Shown here piece after piece: positions 16,526 to 25,860 of a stretch of 64,000 nucleotides of DNA (position 1 is its first letter; every line of letters begins with the position of its first letter). This DNA is from Acidimicrobiales bacterium (GTDB lineage: Bacteria; Actinomycetota; Acidimicrobiia; Acidimicrobiales; CADCSY01): assembly GCA_035540955.1 (NCBI GenBank), contig DATLFP010000066.1, positions 3,055-67,054 of the forward strand, written 5' to 3'. A program made the translations under genes and the position numbers. Below the pieces are notes generated by a model, which saw only the letters and a program-made list of their open reading frames with translations, had not been told where the DNA came from and did no database searches.

Positions 16526-17770
16526 ATGCGGCGGACGCTCGGGGCTCCTCTCCTCATTGCCACCTTCCTCGCGTCGCTCGTCGCCGTGCCCGTCCCCGCC
16601 GGGGCGGCGACCACCCCCGCACCCGTCGACGCCCTCGGTTCCGCCGCCGATCGGGGGGCGGCCCAGGTGGCGCCCGGTCACCGAGCGGTCGGGATCGCGC
16701 ACGCCACCGGCACCGGGTACTGGATCCTCACGAGCGACGGCGGCGTGCAGTCCTTCGGCGGCGCACCGTTCTACGGCTCGGCCGCCACGCTCGCCGCCGC
16801 CCCCGCCGTCGCGATCGCCGCCACCCGTGAACGCGACGGCTATTGGGTCGTCACCGTCGATGGTGGCGTCTACTCCTTCGGCGGCGCCCCCTTCCACGGC
16901 TCGCTCGGGGGCACACCGTTGGCGGCGCCCGTCGTGGGCCTCGCGGCCACGCCCACCGACGACGGCTACTGGCTCGCCGCCGCCGACGGCGGCGTCTTCT
17001 CCTTCGGCAGCGCCCGCTACGCCGGTGGTCTGGCCGGCACGCCGCTGGCCGCGCCGATCGTCGGCATCGCCGCCTCCCCCACCGGGGGCTACTGGCTCGT
17101 CGCCTCCGACGGCGGGGTCTTCTCCTTCGGCGGCGCCCGCTTCCACGGCTCGGCCGGCGCCCTGGCCCTGCGAGCGCCGATCACCTCCGTCGCCGCCACC
17201 CCCTCCGGCAGCGGGTACTGGCTGGCGGCGAGTGACGGCGGGGTCTTCACCTACGGCGACGCCATCTTCCACGGAGCCGGCGGCGGCGGCAGCGACCCGG
17301 TCGCCGCCATGGCGTCGCTCGGGAGCTCCGGCTACTGGCTGCTCCGGTCACCGCAGCCGGCGTTCCCGCCCCTCCCGGCCGGTTCCGGCTCGGGCCGGCG
17401 CATCGTGTACAGCAACCCCCAGCAGCGCGTCTGGCTGGTCGAGGCCAACGGCACGGTGATCCGCAGCTACCTCGTCTCCGGCAAGTACCGCACCCCGGCG
17501 GCCGGCACCTACAGCGTGTTCTCCAAGTCGCGGCACACGAGCGCCGGCCACGACGGCATCACCATGAACGACATGGTGCGCTTCGCGCGGGGCTCGCGGC
17601 TGGCGATCGGCTTCCACGGCATCCCCCGTGACCGGTACGGCCGTCCGCTGCAGACCGAGCACGACCTCGGCGGCTTCCGGAGCGCGGGCTGCGTCCGCCA
17701 GTCCGACGGCGATGCTGCCTTCCTGTACGACTGGGCCCCCATCGGCACCACCGTCGTGGTGCTGCACTAG
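16526..17770 (+). CDS. secreted protein: about 5.5 copies of a roughly 42-aa GYWL-DGGVFSFG repeat fused to a C-terminal L,D-transpeptidase (YkuD) domain
   Basis: ATG 16526 gives a signal peptide, MRRTLGAPLLIATFLASLVAVPVPAGAA. Repeats look like VVGLAATPTDDGYWLAAADGGVFSFGSARYAGGLAGTPLAAP. The C-terminus IGFHGIPRDRYGRPLQTEHDLGGFRSAGCVRQ matches the YkuD His...SxGC(I/V)R catalytic motif. Confidence 0.8.
   Translation: MRRTLGAPLLIATFLASLVAVPVPAGAATTPAPVDALGSAADRGAAQVAPGHRAVGIAHATGTGYWILTSDGGVQSFGGAPFYGSAATLAAAPAVAIAATRERDGYWVVTVDGGVYSFGGAPFHGSLGGTPLAAPVVGLAATPTDDGYWLAAADGGVFSFGSARYAGGLAGTPLAAPIVGIAASPTGGYWLVASDGGVFSFGGARFHGSAGALALRAPITSVAATPSGSGYWLAASDGGVFTYGDAIFHGAGGGGSDPVAAMASLGSSGYWLLRSPQPAFPPLPAGSGSGRRIVYSNPQQRVWLVEANGTVIRSYLVSGKYRTPAAGTYSVFSKSRHTSAGHDGITMNDMVRFARGSRLAIGFHGIPRDRYGRPLQTEHDLGGFRSAGCVRQSDGDAAFLYDWAPIGTTVVVLH
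16685..17350 (+). repeat. coding tandem repeat (about 126-nt units, 5-6 copies) encoding putative beta-propeller blades
   Basis: Periodic GYW(L/V/I)xxxDGGV(F/Y/Q)(S/T)(F/Y)G(G/S/D)AxFxG(S/G) in residues about 54-275 of the 16526..17770 product. Confidence 0.7.
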
Positions 17771-17784
17771 CCGAGCACCCGGCG

Positions 17785-18330
17785 TCAGGTCACAGCGTCG
17801 CCGTAGTCGACGCACGCCGGCACCTGCGCGAAGGCCGGGTACCGCTCGGCGAGCGCCTCGCGGGCGGCCTTCGGGTACACGAAGACCTTCTCCATGCGGA
17901 CGAACAGACTGGAGATGCGCGACACCAGCGGCTCGGGGTCCTCGTCGTCGGGGAACGCGTCGGCCAGGGCCACGAGCTCCTGGGTGACGCGACGGCTCTG
18001 GCCGATCGCCTCGACGATCACGGCGGCCGCGGCCCGGCCGTCGCCCGTGGGCGGCGCCACCCGTCGCAGCTGTCGCTCGAGGTCCCAGGTTCGGAGGTCG
18101 ATGGCGCGCGCGAACTGCCGGTAGTGCTCGACGCGGTCCGACGCGCGCTCGATCGGTGTGATCGCTCGGGAGAGCCTCGTCGCCTCGTCCTCGAGGGCGT
18201 CGATCCAGGTCTGGATGGACGCGCACGACGATGCCGCGATCGCGGTCACGGGATCGACTCGACCGCCTCCGCAGCTCACCAAGGTCATCGCCGCGGCCAG
18301 GGCGGCCATCCCGGCAACGGCGCGCCTCAC
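17785..18330 (-). CDS. lipoprotein, unknown function
   Basis: GTG 18330 overlaps the PPK2 stop (GTGA) and gives VRRAVAGMAALAAAMTLVSCGGG with a lipobox LVSC. The mature part is helical and charged (IQTWIDALEDEATRLSRAI...). An alternative ATG is at 18309. Confidence 0.6.
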   Translation of the reverse strand: MRRAVAGMAALAAAMTLVSCGGGRVDPVTAIAASSCASIQTWIDALEDEATRLSRAITPIERASDRVEHYRQFARAIDLRTWDLERQLRRVAPPTGDGRAAAAVIVEAIGQSRRVTQELVALADAFPDDEDPEPLVSRISSLFVRMEKVFVYPKAAREALAERYPAFAQVPACVDYGDAVT

Positions 18331-19133
18331 GGCACCACGAGGCCGGCCACGGCTGGGTCGTCCGGCGGCAGCCGTGGGTCCATCGCTTCGAGGGCGCGCA
18401 CGACGATCTCGGCCACGACCGCGTCCCGCAACCACTTGCGGTCGGCGGGCACGACGTACCACGGCGCCCGCGCCGTGCTCGTGGCGGCGAGTGCCCGTTC
18501 GTAGGCGTTGATGAACTCGGGCCACCGGGCGCGGTCATCGAGATCGCCCACCCGGAACTTCCAGCGCTTCTCGGGATCGTCGAGCCGAGCCTGCAATCGT
18601 GCGCGCTGCTCGTCGGCCGAGATGTGGAGGTAGCACTTGACGATCGTCGTGCCCTCCTCGACCAGCATCCGCTCGAAGTCGTTGATCTGGCGGTAGCGCT
18701 GGCGCGCACGGGATCGGGTGATCGGCCCGCGAACGTGGGCCGCCACGACGTCTTCGTAGTGCGATCGGTTGAAGATCCCGATGTGGCCCCGGCGGGGCAC
18801 GAGGGCGTGGACGCGCCAGAGGTAGTCACGAGCCAGCTCGCTCGAGGTCGGCACCTTGAAGCTGGAGACCTGGAAGGCAGCGGGTGTGATCCCCCGCAGC
18901 ACCTTCCGGATCACGCCATCCTTGCCGCTGGCGTCCATCCCCTGGAGGACCAGCAGGAGCGAACGCCGGCCCTCGGCATAGAGCCGTTGCTGGAGGAGGT
19001 CGATGCGCTCGCTTCGTTCGGCGACGTACGCCTCCGCGTCGGCCTTGACGAGATCGAAGCCGGCGACGGACCGGGTGTCGATCCCCTCAAGGCGCAGCGT
19101 GGCCTTCGGGACCACGACAAGGGCATCGAGCAC
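18327..19133 (-). CDS. ppk2: polyphosphate kinase 2 family protein (single PPK2 domain)
   Basis: LLLVLQGMDASGKDGVIRKV (Walker A), ARDYLWRVHALVPRRGHIGIFNRSHYEDV and ERMLVEEGTTIVKCYLHIS are hallmark PPK2 blocks. Confidence 0.85.
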   Translation of the reverse strand: MLDALVVVPKATLRLEGIDTRSVAGFDLVKADAEAYVAERSERIDLLQQRLYAEGRRSLLLVLQGMDASGKDGVIRKVLRGITPAAFQVSSFKVPTSSELARDYLWRVHALVPRRGHIGIFNRSHYEDVVAAHVRGPITRSRARQRYRQINDFERMLVEEGTTIVKCYLHISADEQRARLQARLDDPEKRWKFRVGDLDDRARWPEFINAYERALAATSTARAPWYVVPADRKWLRDAVVAEIVVRALEAMDPRLPPDDPAVAGLVVP

Positions 19134-19158
19134 GAGCGCTCACGTTACGTTGGCAGCC

Positions 19159-19518
19159 ATGGGGAACGATGCCGAGCTCACCGTGTGGTTCAACGCCAAG
19201 TGCTCGAAGTGCCGGACCACCCAGGGGATCCTGGCGGAGCGCGGCGTCGACGCCGACTACGTGCGCTACCTCGAGCAGGCGCCGACGCGCCAGGACCTCG
19301 AGCGGGTGCTTCTCCTCCTCGGTGCCACGAGCCCTCGCGCCATCGCTCGCACCGGCGAGCCCCGCTGGCACGAGCTCGGCCTCGACGACGCATCCGACGA
19401 CGACATCCTCGAGGCCATGGCCGCCAACCCGATCCTGATCGAGCGCCCGATCGTGATCCGCGGGGATCGTGCCGTCGTCGCCCGTCCCCCCGAGAAGGTC
19501 CTCGACCTGCTCGACTGA
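19159..19518 (+). CDS. ArsC/Spx-family thioredoxin-fold protein (YffB-like)
   Basis: ELTVWFNAKCSKCRTTQGILAERGVDADYVRYLE...NPILIERPIVIRGDRAVVARPPEKVLDLL. ATG 19159 is 25 nt from the divergent ppk2 start. Confidence 0.8.
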   Translation: MGNDAELTVWFNAKCSKCRTTQGILAERGVDADYVRYLEQAPTRQDLERVLLLLGATSPRAIARTGEPRWHELGLDDASDDDILEAMAANPILIERPIVIRGDRAVVARPPEKVLDLLD

Positions 19519-19582
19519 CGGCCGCCTCGTGTGTCGCTCGTCGCACCCGGAACCGACGAGCGCCACCGGTCGTCTCAGTGGC

Positions 19583-20059
19583 GTGACCAGATCCCGCACG
19601 TTCCTGCTCCTGTTCGCCTGCCTCGTCGCCCTGGCGCTGGCCGGCTGCGGGGATGACGACGGCCGGTCGACCAGCCCGACCACGGCCCCCGCACCCGCAT
19701 CCGACACCTTCAGCGGCCGCGTCGTCCGCGCCGATCGGGATGGGCCGTCGGTCGAGATCGTGGAGGTCGAGATCGTGACCGGTGCGGATGCGACCGCCGC
19801 GGCCCGGGCCGATGGTGCCATCGGGCCCGACGAGGAGTGGGAGCTCGACTTCTACGTCGTGGAGGGAGAACGCCGGTGGCTCGACCTCGATCCCGACGCC
19901 TCGGTCGCCGTCTACGACTGCACCCAGGCGTGCGAGCACGTGGCCGGCACCCTCGAGCACGTGCTCGCCGGCTCGCCCTACGCCGGCGAGCATGCGATCT
20001 GGACCTTCGAGCTGCTCGACGGACGAGCCGTGAGCGTCGACGAGGTCTACCTCCCGTAG
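19583..20059 (+). CDS. lipoprotein, unknown function
   Basis: GTG 19583 gives VTRSRTFLLLFACLVALALAGCGDDDG with lipobox LAGC. 158 aa. Confidence 0.6.
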   Translation: MTRSRTFLLLFACLVALALAGCGDDDGRSTSPTTAPAPASDTFSGRVVRADRDGPSVEIVEVEIVTGADATAAARADGAIGPDEEWELDFYVVEGERRWLDLDPDASVAVYDCTQACEHVAGTLEHVLAGSPYAGEHAIWTFELLDGRAVSVDEVYLP

Positions 20060-20069
20060 CCCGCCCGAG

Positions 20070-20684
20070 CTACTGCTCGAGCGCCCGCCAGCAGTACCAG
20101 GCGACGATCGACCGGTACGGGCGGAAGCGCTCACCGAGGGGTTCGAGCTCCTTCGCCGTCGGGACCGCCGGCAGGTCCCACGCCCGCGCGTAGCCGGCGC
20201 GCACGCCGAGGTCGAGCACCGGCCACACGTCGAGCCGCCCGAGCTGGAGCAGCAGGAACATCTGAGCCGTCCACTCCCCGATGCCCCACACCTGCGACAG
20301 CTCTGCCACGATCGCCTCGTCGGTCAGCCGGGATGCCCGCCCCAGCCTGACGCGGCCATCGGCGACGTGGGCGGCGAGGTCGGTGATCGACCGGGTCTTG
20401 GCGCCCGAGAGCCCGGCGGCGCGCAGGTCGCGCGGATCGAGACCGATCACCGCCGGCGGCGTGAACGGTCCCGGGACCAGCGTGCGCACCCGCTGCCAGA
20501 TGGCCGCCGCCGCCCGACCGGCCAGCTGCTGGTAGGTGATCGATCGGCAGAGCGACTCGAAGTGCGACCGCCCAGCCCGCGCGCCGAGCACGCATGGCCC
20601 GGCCGTCTCGATCAGGCCGGCGAGCACCGGGTCCCGGACGGCCAGCGCCCGCTCCGCGTCCCAGATCCTCACGGCCGACATCAC
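20070..20684 (-). CDS. DNA-3-methyladenine glycosylase II-like HhH-GPD protein
   Basis: SITYQQLAGRAAAAIWQRV...LRAAGLSGAKTRSITDLA...LSQVWGIGEWTAQMFLLLQLGRLDVWPVLDLGVR is the AlkA-type HhH-GPD pattern. Confidence 0.8.
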   Translation of the reverse strand: MMSAVRIWDAERALAVRDPVLAGLIETAGPCVLGARAGRSHFESLCRSITYQQLAGRAAAAIWQRVRTLVPGPFTPPAVIGLDPRDLRAAGLSGAKTRSITDLAAHVADGRVRLGRASRLTDEAIVAELSQVWGIGEWTAQMFLLLQLGRLDVWPVLDLGVRAGYARAWDLPAVPTAKELEPLGERFRPYRSIVAWYCWRALEQ

Positions 20685-20719
20685 GGCGCAGTCTCGCGAC
20701 GATTCGCGATGCTGCAGCC

Positions 20720-21649
20720 ATGAGCCACAGCCACGACGACGAGCGAGCGCCTGACCCCGTCCTCTGCGAGGTGAGCGATGGCGTGTTCGCCTACGTCCAG
20801 CTCGACGGCTCGTGGGGCCTGAACAACAGCGGATTCTTCGTCGGCGGCGACGGGGTCCTCGTCGTCGACACGTGCTTCACCGAGCGGCGCAGCCGGGCGT
20901 TCCTGGAGGCGGTGCGCACCGTCACCGACCGCCGGTTGCGCACCCTCGTGAACACCCACCACCACGGAGATCACACGCACGGCAACTGGCTGCTCTCGGA
21001 GGCGACCATCGTCGGACACCGCCTGTGCCGGGAGTCGGTGATCCAGTCGGGCCATGCCGCCGCCGGTCTGTTTCCCGGCGTCGAGTGGGGCGAGATCCCC
21101 ATCACGCCTCCGTTCGTCACGTTCGAGGACCGGCTCACGATACACGTCGACGATCTCGCCGTCGAGCTCGTCTTCGCGGGACCGGCCCACACGACCAACG
21201 ACGTCGTCGCCTGGGTACCGGAGCGGCGGTTGCTGTTCGCCGGAGACCTGGTGTTCAACGGCGGCACGCCGTTCGTCGTGATGGGCTCGGTGGAGGGTTC
21301 GATCGCCGCCGTCGAGCGGCTGAAGGCACTCGACCCCGAGACCGTCGTCCCCGGCCACGGCGACGTGTGCGGCCCGGCAGCGCTCGACGACCAGCTCGCC
21401 TACCTCCGGTTCGTGCAGTCCGTCGCGCGCGAAGCGGTGGCATCGGGCACCCCGGCGCTCGACGCCGCCCGCGCCACCGACCTCGGCCGCTTCGCCGAGT
21501 GGCACGACCCGGAACGGCTCGTGGGCAACCTCCACCGGGCCATGGCCGAGGAGCGCGGCCTGGTCCCTGGCGGAGACCTCGACATCCTCACCGCGATCCA
21601 GGAGATGATCACCTTCAACGGAGGGCATCCCCTCCGCTGCCTCGCCTAG
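20720..21649 (+). CDS. MBL-fold metallo-hydrolase
   Basis: LVNTHHHGDHTHGN (HxHxDH zinc motif) with downstream PAHTTNDV and VVPGHGD. ATG at 20720. Confidence 0.85.
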   Translation: MSHSHDDERAPDPVLCEVSDGVFAYVQLDGSWGLNNSGFFVGGDGVLVVDTCFTERRSRAFLEAVRTVTDRRLRTLVNTHHHGDHTHGNWLLSEATIVGHRLCRESVIQSGHAAAGLFPGVEWGEIPITPPFVTFEDRLTIHVDDLAVELVFAGPAHTTNDVVAWVPERRLLFAGDLVFNGGTPFVVMGSVEGSIAAVERLKALDPETVVPGHGDVCGPAALDDQLAYLRFVQSVAREAVASGTPALDAARATDLGRFAEWHDPERLVGNLHRAMAEERGLVPGGDLDILTAIQEMITFNGGHPLRCLA

Positions 21650-21654
21650 CCGGG

Positions 21655-22776
21655 CTACGGCACGAACGCGCCGACGAAGATGAGGGCGGTGAACGCGGCG
21701 AGCCCGGCCCCGCACGCGGTCAGGACCGCCCGCTCGACCCGGGGATCGAGGGTGACCGACGCGAGCGCCATCGTGAGCGGGAACGCGAACAGCCCGTAGC
21801 GCTCGAAGGACCCGAGGTTGTTGGCCGACAGCGCCAACGCGAGCACGGCAAGCGAGAACGCACCGTAGGACGCCGGCCAGCGGGCGAAGGTGACCACGAG
21901 GAGGAACGCGAACAGGCCGATCCACGGCACGTGGAGCCCGTCGCCCATCCGGCCACCCGACACGAGCGCCTCCATCGACCCCCACACCGCCGAGAACGGG
22001 TCCTCCCACCCGGCCCGCAGGTCGGCGCTGTTCTGCAGCCGGAGCGGCAGGTTCCAGTCGCCGTGCTGCCAGTGCACCCACGCGAGGTACAGCCCCGTGC
22101 CGAGCGGGCCACCGGCCACGGCCGCCACCCTCCCCACCCGGTCGCGGGCGCTCGGCCACCCCCGGAGCGCCTCGATGAGCGCCGGCACCGCGAACAGCGC
22201 GGCGGTGGGTCGGCAGAGTCCCAGCAGCACCCCGAGCCCGGCGGCCGCCCACCAGCGCCGGCGACGGAGCATCAGGAACGCGGCGATCACCAGCGCCAAG
22301 GCCGGTGCCTCGGCGTAACCCAGCACCATCACCACCGCGGGCGGCAACAGGGCGATCAGCCACGCCGCCCGACCGGCCGTGGCCCGATTGCCCGACTCCT
22401 CCCGCACCAGCCGGTGCAGCAGGACGCCGGTCGCCAGGGCGCTGATGTTGACGATGATCACGAGCGCGAGGCCGACGTTGCCCACCAGTGGCACCGACAG
22501 CGCCCGCGCCGCCATCGGCAGCAGCGGGAAGAACCGGAGCCCCTCGCGCGCCACCCCGTCGTAGCCGTGCTCTGCGATGTCGCGATACCACGCCGCGTCC
22601 CACGCGAACAGGCCCTGATCGAGCTGCAACGGGCGGTCGCCGGGGCGCAGCTCGTCGGCGGCCACCACGGCGAGCAGCACGCCGAGCGCCACCGCCAGGC
22701 GAGCGATCAGCCAGGCCGGCAGCGCGGCGACGAGGTCGTCGCCGAACGGGCCTCTCAGCAGGCGCGGCTGCCTCAC
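21655..22776 (-). CDS. polytopic membrane glycosyltransferase candidate (PIG-V / mannosyltransferase-like GT-C)
   Basis: The FAWDAAWYRDIAEHGY loop after the first TM is what I associate with bacterial PIG-V-like mannosyltransferases. About 9-10 TM helices. GTG 22776 overlaps the upstream stop (GTGA). Confidence 0.6.
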   Translation of the reverse strand: MRQPRLLRGPFGDDLVAALPAWLIARLAVALGVLLAVVAADELRPGDRPLQLDQGLFAWDAAWYRDIAEHGYDGVAREGLRFFPLLPMAARALSVPLVGNVGLALVIIVNISALATGVLLHRLVREESGNRATAGRAAWLIALLPPAVVMVLGYAEAPALALVIAAFLMLRRRRWWAAAGLGVLLGLCRPTAALFAVPALIEALRGWPSARDRVGRVAAVAGGPLGTGLYLAWVHWQHGDWNLPLRLQNSADLRAGWEDPFSAVWGSMEALVSGGRMGDGLHVPWIGLFAFLLVVTFARWPASYGAFSLAVLALALSANNLGSFERYGLFAFPLTMALASVTLDPRVERAVLTACGAGLAAFTALIFVGAFVP

Positions 22777-24311
22777 GGCACCGGCCCGTACTGGTAGAGC
22801 CAGGCGTGCTCGAACTCCTCGCCCGACGCCACGACGGCGGTGCCGCCCGGCCGGAGCCGATGCAGCTGGTCGGCGATCGTCTCGCAGCTGGCGCCGAGCG
22901 TCCGGTAGCCGCCCGACCACACGAGCCACACGGTCGCGCCCGCCGCCCGCTCGTCGAGTGCTGTCGCGAACGCCGCCGGGTCGCCGCTCACCATTCGCTC
23001 CTCGTAGTCGACCCAGTCGACGAACCGCGGCGACCCGCCGTCGGGGAAGGTGAGCTGGTCGAACCCGGCCGGGAGGACACGGGTCACGGACGGGCCCAGC
23101 TGATCAGGGCAGAACGCCACGACGTCCCCGGCGTCGCCGTGCGCCGCGATGTAGCGAGCGATCTGTCCGCCTTGGGTGCGCTGTGTCAGCGCGTTGTCGA
23201 CGGCACCGACCAGCCCGAGGACGGCGAGGACCGCGACGAACCCTCCCTGGATCGTCTCCCGCGGCAGCCGAGTGATGCCGTAGGCGGCGACCAGCAGCAC
23301 GAGCGGGAACACGCCCGCGGTGTACCGGCTCGCGAAGGCACTCGACGTGGCGTAGCCCGCGAGCACGGCGAGGCCCATCGTCAGCGCCACGACGACGGCT
23401 TCCGCGCGGGCGTGCGGCGTCGTGCGCACGTCGACCTCGAACCGATGGCCGCGGGCGGCGCCGGCGAACAGGGCGAGCAGGGCGAGCACGGCGAGGCCGG
23501 CACCGAGCAGCTGGGCTTCGCCCCGCAACCCGTCGAGCGTGCCCCCGCCCCAGTCGGTGAGAGAGATCGTCACCACGTTGGTCGGCCGCTGGGGCCGACC
23601 CCAGGGGGTGCCGGTGCTCCCCGCCTGATCGAGGAACGCCGGCAGCCAGGGCAGGAACAGCGCGGTGCCGGCCGCCATCGCCACGAGCACCGCGCCGGCC
23701 TCAGCCCGTCCCCGGCGCCACCCCCACAGGAGGACGGCGCCCGCCGCCGCCACCAGGTAGAAGGACCAGTAGTGGGTGAGGAGCAAGAGGCCCGTCGTCA
23801 ACGCCACGCCCGTGAGCGCGATCCGCGACCGGGAATCGAGCGCTGACCGCACGGCGAGCCACCCGGTGAGTGCCAGCAGGCTGACGAGGGCGTACATCCG
23901 CGCTTCGGTGGCGTACCGGATGGCGAACGGGTTGGTGGCGAGCAGGACCACGGCCGCCAGCGCCGCGCCCCGCCCCCCGTAGCGCCGGGCGGCCACCCAC
24001 ATCACCGGCAGCGTGGCGACCGCGAAGATCCCGCTCAGGCTGCGCGCCGCCTCGTCACCCTCACCGAAGAGCGACAGCCAGCCGTGGAGGAGGAAGTAGT
24101 AGAGCGGCGGGTGCCCGTCCCGCCGGAGCGCGTCGACGAGCTCACCGGGCGGGAGGGAGGCGATGTGCACGCTCAACGCCTCGTCGAGCCAGAGGTCCGA
24201 TCGAGAGGCGACCCGGAACGCCACCCCAAGGGCGACGGCGAGTCCGGCCGCGATCAGCCCGACGGTCCGAGCCTCCGGGCGCGCGCCAGCGACGTCCGGG
24301 TGGGCAGCCAT
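22773..24311 (-). CDS. GT-C membrane glycosyltransferase (family 39 / ArnT-PMT-like) with C-terminal soluble domain
   Basis: SDLWLDEALSVHIASLPPGELVDALRRDGHPPLYYFLLHGW...ARSLSGIFAVATLPV is the typical first-loop/TM pattern of PMT_2/GT39-like enzymes. ATG at 24311. Confidence 0.7.
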   Translation of the reverse strand: MAAHPDVAGARPEARTVGLIAAGLAVALGVAFRVASRSDLWLDEALSVHIASLPPGELVDALRRDGHPPLYYFLLHGWLSLFGEGDEAARSLSGIFAVATLPVMWVAARRYGGRGAALAAVVLLATNPFAIRYATEARMYALVSLLALTGWLAVRSALDSRSRIALTGVALTTGLLLLTHYWSFYLVAAAGAVLLWGWRRGRAEAGAVLVAMAAGTALFLPWLPAFLDQAGSTGTPWGRPQRPTNVVTISLTDWGGGTLDGLRGEAQLLGAGLAVLALLALFAGAARGHRFEVDVRTTPHARAEAVVVALTMGLAVLAGYATSSAFASRYTAGVFPLVLLVAAYGITRLPRETIQGGFVAVLAVLGLVGAVDNALTQRTQGGQIARYIAAHGDAGDVVAFCPDQLGPSVTRVLPAGFDQLTFPDGGSPRFVDWVDYEERMVSGDPAAFATALDERAAGATVWLVWSGGYRTLGASCETIADQLHRLRPGGTAVVASGEEFEHAWLYQYGPVP

Positions 24312-24348
24312 CGGGGCGAGACGGTAGCGGCGGGTCCGGCGATGACCA

Positions 24349-25860
24349 GTGCAGGGCGACGGCGACGGTACGCTCGGACTTCCCCGAACCACGATCCGTC
24401 AGGCACTCGCATTGACCTCCGTCACTCCACCCAACGACCTCGAGGTCGTGATCATCGGCGCCGGCCCGGCCGGCCTGACCGCGGCCCACGAGCTGAACCG
24501 GCGGGGCGTCGCCTCCACCGTGCTCGAGGCCACCGACATGGTCGGGGGGATCAGCCGAACCGTCGAGCGCGACGGCTGGCGCTTCGACATCGGCGGGCAC
24601 CGCTTCTTCACGAAGGTGCCCGAGGTCGAGGCGTTCTGGCACGAGATCCTCCCGGATGAGGACTTCCTCCTGCGACCGCGGATGAGCCGCGTCTACTACC
24701 GGGAGAAGTACTTCGACTACCCGCTCGTGATCAGCAACGTGCTGAAGAACTTCGGGCTGCTCGAGTCGCTTCGCATCGGTCTGTCCTATCTCTGGGCTCG
24801 CATCAACCGCCCATCGAAGGAGGAGCAGGTCTATCTCGAAGGGTGGATCTCGGCGCGGTTCGGGAAGCGGCTCTACGAGCACCTGTTCAAGAGCTACAAC
24901 GAGAAGCTCTGGGGGCGTCCGGCGTCGGAGATCTCCGCCGACTTCGCGGCGCAGCGGATCAAGAACCTCACGGCGTGGAACGCGGTGATGACGGCCCTGA
25001 AGCCGAAGCGCTTCCGCAAGCAGGCGAACATCACCTCGCTGATCGAGGAGTTCCAGTACCCGAAGTTCGGGCCCGGGATGATGTGGGAGGTCTGCCGCGA
25101 CAAGGTCGAAGCGGCCGGCTCGAAGGTGCTGATGGAGTCACCCGTCGCCCGGATCCGGCACGAGAACGGTCGCGCCGTCTCGGTCACGGCGACGAACGGT
25201 GGGGTCGAGACCGAGTACCCCTGCACCTCGGTGATCTCCTCGATGCCGTTCCGCGAGCTGCTGCAGGCGATGGACCCGCCCCCACCGCCCGAGGTGCTCC
25301 AGGCCGCCAGCTCGCTCACGTTCCGCGACTTCCTGACCGTCGCGCTCGTCGTGCCGGAGGAGTACAGCTTCCCGGACAACTGGATCTACATCCATGATCC
25401 GACCGTGCGGGTGGGGCGCATCCAGAACTTCGGCTCGTGGTCGCCGTACCTCATCAAGGAAGGCCGCACCTGCCTCGGCCTCGAGTACTTCGTGTTCGAG
25501 GGCGACGCCGACTGGAACATGGCCGACGAGGACCTGGTGGCGCGGGGCGCGCGCGAGCTCGAGATCCTGAAGCTCTCCAAGGCCGACAAGGTCGAGGCCG
25601 GCTACGTCGTGCGGATGCCGAAGGCGTACCCGGTGTACGACCACGCGTACAAGGACAACGTCGAGATCATGCGCCGTTGGCTCGAGGAGCACGCATCGAA
25701 CGTGTGGCCCGTCGGGCGCAACGGGATGCACAAGTACAACAACCAGGATCACTCGATGTTCACGGCCATGCTCAGCGTGCAGAACATCGTCGAGGGCGCA
25801 ACGCACGACATCTGGTCGGTCAACGTCGAGCAGGAGTACCACGAGAGCAAGGCTCAGTAG
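24349..25860 (+). CDS. NAD(P)/FAD-dependent oxidoreductase (amine-oxidase / UDP-galactopyranose-mutase-like fold)
   Basis: Dinucleotide motif VVIIGAGPAGLTAAHEL...VLEATDMVGGISRT, followed by DIGGHRFFTK. 503 aa. A possible later TTG start is at 24412. Confidence 0.8.
   Translation: MQGDGDGTLGLPRTTIRQALALTSVTPPNDLEVVIIGAGPAGLTAAHELNRRGVASTVLEATDMVGGISRTVERDGWRFDIGGHRFFTKVPEVEAFWHEILPDEDFLLRPRMSRVYYREKYFDYPLVISNVLKNFGLLESLRIGLSYLWARINRPSKEEQVYLEGWISARFGKRLYEHLFKSYNEKLWGRPASEISADFAAQRIKNLTAWNAVMTALKPKRFRKQANITSLIEEFQYPKFGPGMMWEVCRDKVEAAGSKVLMESPVARIRHENGRAVSVTATNGGVETEYPCTSVISSMPFRELLQAMDPPPPPEVLQAASSLTFRDFLTVALVVPEEYSFPDNWIYIHDPTVRVGRIQNFGSWSPYLIKEGRTCLGLEYFVFEGDADWNMADEDLVARGARELEILKLSKADKVEAGYVVRMPKAYPVYDHAYKDNVEIMRRWLEEHASNVWPVGRNGMHKYNNQDHSMFTAMLSVQNIVEGATHDIWSVNVEQEYHESKAQ

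Noticed and set aside
14984-17272. 762-aa minus-strand ORF spanning adk, the CoA-transferase and the repeat-protein genes
   Set aside because: The translation is extreme Gly/Arg/Ala/Pro low complexity with no motifs. It lies antisense to three genes with clear family signatures. This is a typical high-GC shadow ORF.
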